From Bacteroidia bacterium (lineage in GTDB: Bacteria; Bacteroidota; Bacteroidia; B-17B0; Aurantibacillaceae): a stretch of DNA of 42,125 nt. Within the stretch, counting starts at the first letter, position 1. Each line of letters opens with the position of its first letter. The notes under the pieces were generated by a model that was not told the origin of the DNA, did not search any database, and saw nothing but the letters and a program-made list of their open reading frames with translations. The translations under genes and the position numbers were made by a program. The stretch covers positions 1-42,125 of the forward strand of contig JAEUTR010000154.1 in assembly GCA_016787365.1 (NCBI GenBank). The letters are read 5' to 3'. Positions 1 to 8,026 of the stretch are shown piece after piece.

Positions 1-2
1 GG

Positions 3-1592
3 GCATCTTTAGATACAGCCAAAACATGGATTGATTTTAATGATAATAATACCTTGCATGTGGATGCTACAGCGTTATCGTTAAATTCTTCTACTGATGA
101 ATTATTAATATCTAATGCAGCAGGATTATATATAGCCACTAACGTTAGCACTATGTTAACACCTGGATATACAGCTGTAAATACTGGCTTGCCGTCAAAT
201 ACGATAGTTTATTCTATTTCAAATAACGGTACTAATTGGTATTTAGCAACGAATAAAGGTGTGTTTACTTCACCTGTTGGAACTATTGTGTGGACAAGTA
301 TAAATACAGGTTTAACAACTTTAGATGTTAGAACTGTTATTCCGTTTCAAACCAGATTAGTTGCAGGAACAGATAAAGAAGGTTTATTCAAAACTTCAGC
401 TAGTTCTATAAATTGGGTTGCAAATAATACGTCGTATAATAACTTAAGAACATATTCTATGGAAACCAGTGGAGCTGCTATTGTTATTGCTGCTACCGAA
501 AAAGGTGTTTTTGTTAGTAAGGATTTAGCTGCTACATATAAAAGAGCCAATAATGGACTTACAGATAGTTTACATGTAAATGATTTACAGTTTGCTGATT
601 TTTGTGTATTGGCAGCTACTCAAAATGCCGGGGTATTTTTCACTGCTGATACTGGTAAAACATGGATAGCAATTAATAATGGGCTAACAAACCTTAATAT
701 AAAAAAAGTATTTTATTCAAATAATCAAAAATACGCTATTTGTTCTTCTGGAACGGTTTATGTTTCTGCTCTTCATTCTTCAACATGGACTCCAATTCAA
801 GCAGGCTTACCTTCTGGAGTTAATCCAACATCATTAACGTTTATAGGTACTGAGTTAGTTTTAGGAACTTATGGGCATGGTGTTTTTACAAAAAATGAAA
901 CATCAGGAAGTTGGACTGCAGTGAACACTAGTTTAAGTAACTTAAATGTAACTTCGGTTACTAACAATGGAACAAAAATATTTGTCGGAACAGATGGATC
1001 AGGAGTTTTTGTTTCTGATTTCCCTTCTGTTTCATGGTCTCAAACATCTCCTGTGAGTATTTCACATACTACATTAATGGGATTAAATGGCGATAAAATT
1101 GATGCAATGGCTTATAATGCAGGATATATTTTTGCAAGTTACAGAGGAGGATTATTAGCAACTTCTGATAATGGAACAACTTGGATTGCAGGTGGTAATC
1201 AATTTAATTTACCTAGCTACACAAGTGTAAATAAAATTACATTTGTTACAACCAGAGTTTTTGTAACAACTGAAAATAATTGTTTGTATTCAAACGCATT
1301 GTCTGAATTGCCTACAATTACTACCGGAGTAAGTGAACTTCAAAAACAATCAGATGCTATCGTTGTATATCCAAACCCAGTAATCAAAGAATTTAAACTA
1401 GATTTTAGTTACATAAAAGATCCTGTTTCTAAAATTAATATTTATGACTGTGTAGGGAAATTAATACAATCTATTAACCCAGAGAAAGAAACAATGAGCA
1501 TCAATATTCCATTTGATGTCGCTGCAGGGATTTATATAATTCAGGTAGATACCTCAAAAGAAAGATTCACTCAAAAAATAGTTAAAGAATAA
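3..1592 (+). CDS. Secreted beta-propeller-like repeat protein (BNR/Asp-box or Ycf48-like repeats) with a T9SS type-A C-terminal sorting domain; 5' end truncated by the window edge
   Basis: The frame is open from nt 3, with no stop upstream of the listed TTG at 54. That upstream stretch already encodes another repeat ('SLDTAKTW'). The motif recurs as 'GVFVSKDLAATY', 'GVFFTADTGKTW', 'GVFTKNETSGSW', 'GVFVSDFPSVSW' and 'LLATSDNGTTW'. The C-terminus ('VVYPNPV...INIYDCVGKLIQSI...GIYIIQVDTSKERFTQKIVKE') matches the Por/T9SS type-A tail pattern. Confidence 0.75.
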   Translation, partial: ASLDTAKTWIDFNDNNTLHVDATALSLNSSTDELLISNAAGLYIATNVSTMLTPGYTAVNTGLPSNTIVYSISNNGTNWYLATNKGVFTSPVGTIVWTSINTGLTTLDVRTVIPFQTRLVAGTDKEGLFKTSASSINWVANNTSYNNLRTYSMETSGAAIVIAATEKGVFVSKDLAATYKRANNGLTDSLHVNDLQFADFCVLAATQNAGVFFTADTGKTWIAINNGLTNLNIKKVFYSNNQKYAICSSGTVYVSALHSSTWTPIQAGLPSGVNPTSLTFIGTELVLGTYGHGVFTKNETSGSWTAVNTSLSNLNVTSVTNNGTKIFVGTDGSGVFVSDFPSVSWSQTSPVSISHTTLMGLNGDKIDAMAYNAGYIFASYRGGLLATSDNGTTWIAGGNQFNLPSYTSVNKITFVTTRVFVTTENNCLYSNALSELPTITTGVSELQKQSDAIVVYPNPVIKEFKLDFSYIKDPVSKINIYDCVGKLIQSINPEKETMSINIPFDVAAGIYIIQVDTSKERFTQKIVKE

Positions 1593-1614
1593 AAAGAGAT
1601 AGTCCTTAATAAAA

Positions 1615-1648
1615 AGCCCGGAATAAAAATTTTATTTCAGGCTTTTTT
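1615..1648. terminator. Rho-independent-type hairpin between convergent genes
   Basis: AGCCCGGAATAAAA / TTTTATTTCAGGCT forms an imperfect 14-bp stem with one mismatch and one G-U pair. It is followed by a TTTTT tract and lies between the stop at 1592 (+) and the stop at 1654 (-). Confidence 0.5.
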
Positions 1649-1653
1649 GTATT

Positions 1654-2241
1654 TTAAGTATGATTAGTTTGTTTTTGTTTTCTTAATTTTTTAGGACCGT
1701 ACCAAAGCCAAAACCCTGTAATGATTAGCATAAGCAAGGCTAATCCCATAATTGTTGTGTAGGATAGTTTAAACTGATCTTGTTTTGTATTAAATAAAAC
1801 ATCCAGAATTGTTCCATCATGAATATTTTCAATAATATCAGATCTGCGTCGGTTAATTTGCAAAACATCTCCGGTTGTTCCGTCCAGCTGAATTTCCCAG
1901 TAATCATCCGCAAAAACAAATTTCACCATTCCCTTTTGTGGTCTTGCATCAATACGTTCAAGTTCGTTTGATAATTTAGGAGAAATAGAATCGTGTAATG
2001 CTTTGATAGCAATAGATTGAAGGCTGTCGAATGGAAGCCATGTTTTTAAATCGGAAGAAATACCTTTTGAAGATGAAGGAAGAATAAGTCCACCGGAATT
2101 TTTTTTCCAACCTAACAATAAACCTGTTATCGAAATAATCAGAAAAAAAACAAATAAAACAATTGCAATTTGTTTATGTAGCTTTCTGAAAATCCGTATC
2201 AAACTTGCAGACTTATAATTAGGAGAATCGTTTATATCCAT
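1654..2241 (-). CDS. PepSY-domain membrane protein (N- and C-terminal TM helices flanking a periplasmic PepSY-like domain)
   Basis: The N-terminus 'IRIFRKLHKQIAIVLFVFFLIISITGLLLGWKK' is typical of PepSY-associated TM proteins. A second TM helix, 'TIMGLALLMLIITGFWLWY', sits near the C-terminus. The gene starts 13 nt downstream of the cytochrome c gene on the same strand. Confidence 0.55.
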   Translation of the reverse strand: MDINDSPNYKSASLIRIFRKLHKQIAIVLFVFFLIISITGLLLGWKKNSGGLILPSSSKGISSDLKTWLPFDSLQSIAIKALHDSISPKLSNELERIDARPQKGMVKFVFADDYWEIQLDGTTGDVLQINRRRSDIIENIHDGTILDVLFNTKQDQFKLSYTTIMGLALLMLIITGFWLWYGPKKLRKQKQTNHT

Positions 2242-2254
2242 ATTAATTTATTTC

Positions 2255-2776
2255 TTAATCAATCCCCAATGCTTCTTCATCTTTTCTGTAGCCATGACAT
2301 TTGTTGCATTGTCCCATGTCGCTATAAATGGGAAGTGTCATGTGTTTAATAGGCTCTGCTGCATTCGGACTTCCAATAAGTGTAGGATATAATCCTTTAG
2401 AAAAATCGATATTTTCTGTAGTATAAAAATTACCTAAAGCATCACCTAAAATTGTAGCTACAAGTTTGCCTCCGCCCTTAGGTTCAGTGTATAATTTAAT
2501 AATTGGATTTTTATAGATATTGGATCGTTCCTCGTTTAAAACAGAACCTGCAATAGTAAAACAGCCTTTCCCTTTTTTATCATCACCGTGACACGCACTA
2601 CAGTTAAGGCCAAAAAAATGACTTTTTTTTCCATTGGGTTTACTTATTACTGTTGTGCCACATTTTGTTGGATCTTCATTTGACAAATAATTTGATGCTC
2701 CGGTAAAAGACTGTGAGATAATCATTATTCCTATGATTCCAAGGAACAAGATAATTGTTGTGTTTTTCTTACCCAT
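2255..2776 (-). CDS. Membrane-anchored or secreted di-heme c-type cytochrome
   Basis: There are two CxxCH heme-binding motifs ('NCSACHG' and 'QCNKCHG'). The N-terminus has a hydrophobic signal/anchor, 'TTIILFLGIIGIMIISQSF'. Confidence 0.7.
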   Translation of the reverse strand: MGKKNTTIILFLGIIGIMIISQSFTGASNYLSNEDPTKCGTTVISKPNGKKSHFFGLNCSACHGDDKKGKGCFTIAGSVLNEERSNIYKNPIIKLYTEPKGGGKLVATILGDALGNFYTTENIDFSKGLYPTLIGSPNAAEPIKHMTLPIYSDMGQCNKCHGYRKDEEALGID

Positions 2777-2830
2777 TGTTTTAAAGTTTCTAAAAGTTAG
2801 TTTGAAACCCTTATCAGTTATTACTAAAAA

Positions 2831-3319
2831 TTATTTCGCTTTTTCAATAGTTATACCAAAATCCATTATTAAAGGTAATGGATTACTACGCATACCTTGC
2901 TCAAAAGTAAAAGTGTATTTTCCTTTTTGAGGGAATACTAAATTTTGTTTTAAGGGAATTTTGTTGTCCCAAATGTCACCGGCTCCATCACCTTGCCATT
3001 CACCTTTTTTGTTTGCCAAAATACATTCAAGAGTATCAATAGAAATTTTTCCATCGGGATAAGTAGTAGTTAAAAACACAAACAGATTACTGTATGGATA
3101 AGAATCTGCATGACGAACATTTAAAAACACATTATGGTAAGGTGCATTATCTTTAATATCTACTTCAAACTTTAATTTATTTTCAGTTTTCCATCCTTCT
3201 TCCGGAAGTTTAGTGTACTCACTATACAACACATTTTTGTTACATGATGTAAACATAATGCACAATAAAAACGCACAAATACTAAGTATACTATATTTAT
3301 TCTTTTGGAGGATTATCAT
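2831..3319 (-). CDS. gldH: Gliding motility lipoprotein GldH
   Basis: This is the internal ATG at 3319 of the listed 2831..3658 ORF and gives 162 aa. The lipoprotein signal is 'MIILQKNKYSILSICAFLLCIMFTSC'. Size and sequence ('YPYSNLFVFLTTTYPDG', 'FEQGMR') fit GldH. It lies immediately downstream of a PSP1-domain gene, the usual Bacteroidota synteny. Confidence 0.7.
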   Translation of the reverse strand: MIILQKNKYSILSICAFLLCIMFTSCNKNVLYSEYTKLPEEGWKTENKLKFEVDIKDNAPYHNVFLNVRHADSYPYSNLFVFLTTTYPDGKISIDTLECILANKKGEWQGDGAGDIWDNKIPLKQNLVFPQKGKYTFTFEQGMRSNPLPLIMDFGITIEKAK

Positions 3320-4760
3320 TTTTAGGTTTTGGTTTATGGTTGTGAACAGGTTTTTTGTGATTTGGATTTTGTGGTTTATTGCCGGCATTGTCTCCGGTTC
3401 CTGCATTTTGTGGTTTAGGTCCCTGATTTGGATTTTTTGGTTTATGATTATGAACCGGTTTTTTTGGACCAGCACCAGCTGAAGCTTGATTAGGATTAGC
3501 TGACTTATTTTGATTGGGATTTGGTTTATGCTGAGGAACTGCAGGCTTTTCTCCTTTAGGTCCTTGCACATTAGCCACACCTTTATTTTGGTTATGCTGA
3601 GGTTTTTTGTTTTGGTGATTGTGTTTAGGGCGATTATTGTTTTTCTTTCTATCATCAAAACGCGTTAACGAATCTTGCCCTACCACGTTTTCGTAATCAG
3701 GTTGTTTTACAACTTCTAATTCTTTGTATTGTTTTGGTTCTAATAAATCTGCAGGTTTTATGTTTTCTGCATTTAATTTAAAAATTTCTTTAGTACGAGC
3801 AATGGATAAAGGAATGAAAACATCCGGTTCGCTGGTATAACTCCACCAAATAATACGTTTAAAAATATCCGTTTTTTGATGAAAGGCAAAACCTTTTTCA
3901 GTAGCTAGTCTTCTGTTATCAATTTCCGGAAATTCTTTTAAAGCATCTTGATAACTATCCAATTCATAATTTAAACAGCATTTTAATTTACCACATTGTC
4001 CGGCTAGCTTTAAGGGGTTAAGCGATAATTGCTGGTATCTGGCAGCCGACGTTGATACGGTTCTAAAATCATTTAACCAGGTTGAACAACATAGCTCTCT
4101 TCCGCATGATCCAATGGCACCTAAACGAGCTGCTTCTTGTCTTGCACCAATTTGACGCATTTCAATCCGCACTTTAAATTCATCAGCCATTACTTTAATT
4201 AATTCCCTAAAGTCAACACGGCCATCAGCCGTATAATAAAAAACAGCTTTGCTTTTGTCACCCTGATATTCCACATCGCTAATCTTCATTTGTAAACCAA
4301 GTTTTAAAGCCAGTGTACGAGCTTTGAACATGGTTTCTACCTCTAGTGCTTGTGCCTCACGCCATTTATCAATATCCTGTTGTTTTGCCTTACGGTATAT
4401 TTTTTTAATTTCTTCGCTATTATAATTTACGTTTTTCTTTTTCAACTGCAAACGCACTAATTCTCCTGTAATAGAAACCACGCCAATATCATGTCCCGGA
4501 GAAGATTCTGTGGCTACAATATCTCCAACGTTTAAGGTTAAATTATTGACATTTCTGTAAAATTCCTTTCGGGAATTTTTAAATCTGATTTCAACCACAT
4601 CACATGGAGTTTGACCTTCAGGCAAACTCATATTACCTAACCAATCAAATACATTTAATTTATTGCAACCTCCACCGGTTCCACATGAACCATTGTTATT
4701 ACACCCCGCGGGGATTCCGCCATTTTTATCCTGCCCGGTTGAGCAACTTCCACATGCCAT
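3297..4760 (-). CDS. PSP1 domain protein (RicT/YaaT-like) with a Cys-rich N-terminus and a long low-complexity C-terminal tail
   Basis: The PSP1 core carries conserved Cys clusters ('IGSCGRELCCSTW', 'GQCGKLKCCLNYE'). The N-terminus is 'MACGSCSTGQDKNGGIPAGCNNNGSCGTGGGC'. The last ~130 aa are P/N/K/H/Q-rich, with 'KKPVHNHKPK' occurring twice. Confidence 0.85.
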   Translation of the reverse strand: MACGSCSTGQDKNGGIPAGCNNNGSCGTGGGCNKLNVFDWLGNMSLPEGQTPCDVVEIRFKNSRKEFYRNVNNLTLNVGDIVATESSPGHDIGVVSITGELVRLQLKKKNVNYNSEEIKKIYRKAKQQDIDKWREAQALEVETMFKARTLALKLGLQMKISDVEYQGDKSKAVFYYTADGRVDFRELIKVMADEFKVRIEMRQIGARQEAARLGAIGSCGRELCCSTWLNDFRTVSTSAARYQQLSLNPLKLAGQCGKLKCCLNYELDSYQDALKEFPEIDNRRLATEKGFAFHQKTDIFKRIIWWSYTSEPDVFIPLSIARTKEIFKLNAENIKPADLLEPKQYKELEVVKQPDYENVVGQDSLTRFDDRKKNNNRPKHNHQNKKPQHNQNKGVANVQGPKGEKPAVPQHKPNPNQNKSANPNQASAGAGPKKPVHNHKPKNPNQGPKPQNAGTGDNAGNKPQNPNHKKPVHNHKPKPKNDNPPKE

Positions 4761-4790
4761 ATTATATATATTTAATAGTTTTTTAGTTTT

Positions 4791-4813
4791 GTTCCCTGAG
4801 CTCGTCGAAGGAC
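4791..4813. repeat. GC-rich intergenic island (GTTCCCTGAGCTCGTCGAAGGAC)
   Basis: This is an isolated GC-rich 23-mer in an otherwise AT-rich spacer. It shares the octamer CTCGTCGA with the element at 32569..32591. Confidence 0.4.
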
Positions 4814-4820
4814 AAAAATA
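4813..4820 (-). promoter_or_regulatory. Candidate Bacteroidota -7 promoter box (TAnnTTTG) for the PSP1-gldH operon
   Basis: The plus strand reads CAAAAATA, which is TATTTTTG on the minus strand. It sits 53 nt upstream of the ATG at 4760. Confidence 0.3.
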
Positions 4821-4958
4821 AAAAACCAGAACATTAAAAAATCCCTCTAAAAAAGAGTTGCATAAATATACTTATAATTTTAAATGAATTTTTCGTCTGG
4901 CTAAACATTTATAAACGACTAATGTTTTATATTTAAACTTTTTAGTTTTTATATTTTT

Positions 4959-5708
4959 ATGATAGCAATCATCACAGGCGCCACTTCTGGTATAGGAAAA
5001 TCAACCGCAATAGAATTTGCAAAACACGGATATGATATTATTATCACTGGTAGAAGACAAGAACGATTAACTGAATTAAAATCTGTTTTAACAAAAGATT
5101 ATTCAGTTAAAATATTGGATTTATGTTTTGATGTAAGAGAAGAAAAGCAAGTAGAATCTGCTATTAATTCAATACCAGAAGCGTTTAAAAAAATAGATGT
5201 GTTGGTTAACAATGCAGGACTGGCAGCAGGGTTATCCGCTATTCAGGATGGAAAATTAGCACACTGGGAACAAATGATTGATACAAATATTAAAGGTTTG
5301 TTATACGTTACAAAACACATCTCAAAAATTTTAATTGAAAATAAAAAAGGTCATATTATTAATGTTGGTTCTATTGCAGGTAAAGAAGTGTACGCTAATG
5401 GTAATGTGTATTGTGCTACTAAACATGCAGTTGATGCATTAAATAAAGGCATGCGTATTGATTTATTACCTCATGGGATTAAGGTTTCGGCAGTAAATCC
5501 AGGAATGGTTGAAACAGAATTTAGTGTTGTGCGTTTTGATGGCGATGAAGAAAGAGCTAAAAAAGTGTATGAAAACATCCAACCATTAAAACCGGAAGAT
5601 ATTGCCGAAACAATTTATTGGATGGCATCTCGCCCGCCACATGTAAATATTAATGATGTGATTATTATGCCAACCATTCAGGCAAACGCAACAACTGTTT
5701 TGAGGTAA
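4959..5708 (+). CDS. SDR-family NAD(P)-dependent oxidoreductase (YdfG-like)
   Basis: The cofactor motif 'ITGATSGIGKS', 'NNAG', and the catalytic 'YCATKHAV' (YxxxK) are all present. Confidence 0.85.
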   Translation: MIAIITGATSGIGKSTAIEFAKHGYDIIITGRRQERLTELKSVLTKDYSVKILDLCFDVREEKQVESAINSIPEAFKKIDVLVNNAGLAAGLSAIQDGKLAHWEQMIDTNIKGLLYVTKHISKILIENKKGHIINVGSIAGKEVYANGNVYCATKHAVDALNKGMRIDLLPHGIKVSAVNPGMVETEFSVVRFDGDEERAKKVYENIQPLKPEDIAETIYWMASRPPHVNINDVIIMPTIQANATTVLR

Positions 5709-5766
5709 TTACACCTGTAAAATTTTTAGCAAACTTGTATAAAACCCCGAGAGGTTAAAAAAGAGA

Positions 5767-6351
5767 TTATTTCTCAATCCATTTCGTAATTTTTTTAGAA
5801 TTTGGATTTTTAAAAGGTAGGACGTAATCCACTAAAAATCCGTTTTCATCAATCAGGTATTTTTGAAAGTTCCATTTTACAGAACTACTCATAACGCCAT
5901 TCAATTCCTTTCTGGTTAACCATTTATAAATATCACATATGCTATCGTCTTTTACATTTACTTTTTCCATCATTAAAAAGGTAACGCCGTAGTTTTTAGT
6001 ACAAAAATCGTGAATATCATTATTATTTCCGGGTTCCTGTCCCCCAAACTGATTGCAGGGAAAGCCAATAATGGTAAAGTTTTTGTCTTTGTATGTTTCA
6101 AACAAAATTTGTAATTCCTTATATTGAGGTGTAAATCCACATTTACTGGCCGTATTCACAATCAATACTTTTTTCCCCTTTAAACTGGCAAAATCAAAGT
6201 CTTCGCCGTCAATTGTTTTAGCCTTAAATTGATGAATAGAAGAGCTCGGTTTCCCTTTTTTGATAATAAAAGCATACAATAAAATAGCAGAAATAATCAG
6301 TACAGATAAAAAGATGAGTTTGTTCATTATTTGGGTGCTTATAAGCGCCAT
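5767..6351 (-). CDS. Glutathione peroxidase (Cys-type) with an N-terminal membrane anchor
   Basis: GPx signatures 'NTASKCGFT', 'FPCNQFGGQEPG' and 'WNFQKYL' are present. The N-terminal hydrophobic segment is 'LIFLSVLIISAILLYAFII'. An alternative ATG lies at 6327. Confidence 0.85.
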   Translation of the reverse strand: MALISTQIMNKLIFLSVLIISAILLYAFIIKKGKPSSSIHQFKAKTIDGEDFDFASLKGKKVLIVNTASKCGFTPQYKELQILFETYKDKNFTIIGFPCNQFGGQEPGNNNDIHDFCTKNYGVTFLMMEKVNVKDDSICDIYKWLTRKELNGVMSSSVKWNFQKYLIDENGFLVDYVLPFKNPNSKKITKWIEK

Positions 6352-6425
6352 GAAAGTAACGCTTTATATATCAATAAACCATTAAAATAGATGATTGTTT
6401 AATTGTGTTTTCAAGTATTTGAGCG

Positions 6426-6433
6426 TAAATTTG
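6426..6433 (+). promoter_or_regulatory. Candidate Bacteroidota -7 promoter box (TAAATTTG) upstream of ccmB
   Basis: This is an exact TAnnTTTG match ending 7 nt before the ATG at 6441, which would give a near-leaderless transcript. Confidence 0.3.
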
Positions 6434-6440
6434 GCACCGC

Positions 6441-7100
6441 ATGCAAAACAGCAGGTTAATTAGCTTAATAAAAAAGGAATTTGTTTTAGAATTCCGTCAA
6501 AAATCCACTTTGGCCGGTATTTTGGTTTACATCGTGGCTACAGTATTTATTTCGGCATTATCTTTCAAAAAAATAATTCACCCCACAGTTTGGAACGCTT
6601 TGTTTTGGACTATTTTCATGTTTATTTCTGTAAATGTGTCCGGCAAAAGTTTTATGCAGGAAACCAAAGGAAAAGCTTTGTTTAATTATTTGTACTACAA
6701 TCCAAGGCAGTTTATTTTGAGTAAAATAGCATATAACATGTTGTTAATGGCAGTACTGAGTTTATTAACCTTTTTCTTTTACTCGTGGTTTGTAGGTAGT
6801 ATGGTGCAGGATTTAGGAATGTTTTTATTAGCACTTTTATTTAGTTCTTCGGCATTTTCGGGAGTATTAAGTTTAATGAGTGCAATAGCGTCAAAAGCAA
6901 ATAATAACATCAGTTTAATGGCTATTTTAAGTTTCCCTGTATTAATGCCATTATTACTGGTTTCTGTAAAGTTGAGTAAGCATGCTATTGATGGTTTGGC
7001 ATGGAGTGTGAGTTATAAATATTTGTTAATTTTGATGATGCTTAATTTTGTTGTTGTAGCTTTGGCAACACTATTATTTAATTACCTTTGGAAAGAATAA
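6441..7100 (+). CDS. ccmB: Heme exporter permease CcmB
   Basis: It is a ~220-aa polytopic membrane protein directly upstream of ccmC, in the canonical ccmB position and size. Confidence 0.6.
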   Translation: MQNSRLISLIKKEFVLEFRQKSTLAGILVYIVATVFISALSFKKIIHPTVWNALFWTIFMFISVNVSGKSFMQETKGKALFNYLYYNPRQFILSKIAYNMLLMAVLSLLTFFFYSWFVGSMVQDLGMFLLALLFSSSAFSGVLSLMSAIASKANNNISLMAILSFPVLMPLLLVSVKLSKHAIDGLAWSVSYKYLLILMMLNFVVVALATLLFNYLWKE

Positions 7101-7107
7101 AACGAAC

Positions 7108-7770
7108 ATGATAAAGTGGTGGAAAATACTCTCGGCTCTCCTAATCCTCTACACTTTAGTATGGGGAATGTTAGGATCTGTTCCACGTCTCGATATTTTA
7201 AATGAAACGATTAGAAACGTTTATTACCATGTGCCTATTTGGTTTGCAATGTTGTTTCAGATGGGATATTCGGTAGTATATGCCATAAAACAACTATCTA
7301 AAAACGATTTAAAAACAGATATTATTAGCAATCAGGCAGCGGAAACCGGCTTGTTTTTTGCCTTACCAGGTCTTTTAACAGGTTGTATGTGGGCCAAGTT
7401 TACCTGGGGAACATGGTGGACATTTCAGGATCCGAAATTAAACGGAGTAGCTATTGCCATATTAATTTATTTAGCGTATTTTATTTTAAGAAGCTCGATA
7501 GATGATGAACAGAAACGTGCCCGTATAGCAGCAGTTTATAATATTTTTGCTTTTGTAATGATGTTTGTATTTATAATGATATTACCACGATTGACAGATT
7601 CATTACATCCCGGAAATGGAGGCAATCCTGCTTTTGCTAAGTATGATATGAATAGTGATATGCGTATGATATTTTATCCCGCAGTAATAGGTTGGGTATT
7701 ATTAAGCCTTTGGATTTTAGATGTAAAAAAACGATTAGCACTTTTAAGGCATAAACAAAATGAACAATAA
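7108..7770 (+). CDS. ccmC: Heme exporter / heme-handling protein CcmC
   Basis: The Trp-rich WWD-type motif 'WAKFTWGTWWTFQDPKLNG' is present in a polytopic membrane protein located between ccmB and ccmD/E. Confidence 0.8.
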   Translation: MIKWWKILSALLILYTLVWGMLGSVPRLDILNETIRNVYYHVPIWFAMLFQMGYSVVYAIKQLSKNDLKTDIISNQAAETGLFFALPGLLTGCMWAKFTWGTWWTFQDPKLNGVAIAILIYLAYFILRSSIDDEQKRARIAAVYNIFAFVMMFVFIMILPRLTDSLHPGNGGNPAFAKYDMNSDMRMIFYPAVIGWVLLSLWILDVKKRLALLRHKQNEQ

Positions 7771-7972
7771 AATAATTATATTTTTAGCAAGTGTTTTACT
7801 CCCTTTTATAGGAAAAGCACAGGAAATGGCCGGTCCTGAAATGGCAGACACATTTAGAAGTGAAGGAAAAATTTATGTTGTTATCACCGTGATATCAATC
7901 ATCTTTATTTGTTTGATTGGGTATTTGGTTTACATCGATACAAAACTAAGAAAACTAGAAAATAAAAAATAA
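7760..7972 (+). CDS. ccmD: CcmD-like small membrane protein (Bacteroidota alternative CcmD)
   Basis: It is 70 aa with a single strong TM helix, 'IYVVITVISIIFICLIGYLVYI', followed by a basic tail. It overlaps the ccmC end by 11 nt and precedes ccmE. Confidence 0.55.
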   Translation: MNNKIIIFLASVLLPFIGKAQEMAGPEMADTFRSEGKIYVVITVISIIFICLIGYLVYIDTKLRKLENKK

Positions 7973-8026
7973 GAAACGTTCTTTTGTTCCCCTTTGGAGG
8001 GGCAGGGGGAGGATAAAACAAATACA

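Noticed and set aside
347-550. Short antisense or alternative-frame ORFs nested in well-supported genes. These are 347..550, 2733..2930, 4604..4786, 8694..8885, 11947..12132, 13077..13286, 17008..17190, 18737..18973, 18814..19017, 25000..25224, 25939..26160, 26423..26647, 26690..27073, 27501..27782, 28051..28248, 28918..29196, 31239..31421, 32199..32519, 32626..32847, 33636..33866, 38541..38738, 39325..39525, 39856..40059, 39914..40099 and 41524..41715.
   Set aside because: Each is fully or largely embedded in a longer ORF that has clear family motifs. Their translations are low-complexity or compositionally odd, and none has a recognisable motif.
2099-2630. Homopolymer tracts (T8 at 2099..2106, A8 at 2143..2150, T8 at 2623..2630) inside the PepSY and cytochrome c genes could be slipped-strand phase-variation switches.
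   Set aside because: Runs of 7-8 A/T are expected in a genome this AT-rich. Both reading frames are intact, and there is no evidence here of length heterogeneity.
3320-3658. The N-terminal 113 aa of the listed 275-aa minus-strand ORF (2831..3658), and the 89-aa plus-strand ORF 3213..3482.
   Set aside because: Both lie in alternative frames or strands of the low-complexity tail of the PSP1 gene. Their translations are repetitive artefacts ('IKISQLILIKLQLVLV', 'FWFMVVNRFFVIW'). The real gene in 2831..3658 is gldH, starting at the internal ATG at 3319.
5709-5766. A terminator might lie between the convergent SDR and GPx genes.
   Set aside because: Only a 4-bp AACC/GGTT stem is visible around 'CCGAGA', which is too weak to call.
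5767-6351. The glutathione peroxidase could be a selenoprotein with an in-frame TGA.
   Set aside because: The ORF is uninterrupted and the catalytic position in 'KCGFT' is an ordinary Cys codon.
7994-8026. The TTG start at 7994 for ccmE ('MEGQGEDKTNT...').
   Set aside because: An ATG at 8027 directly precedes the TM anchor ('MKKIHILGIVV'). The upstream 11 codons are hydrophilic and overlap a small CCCCT/AGGGG hairpin. The shorter form is more plausible, though this is not proven.
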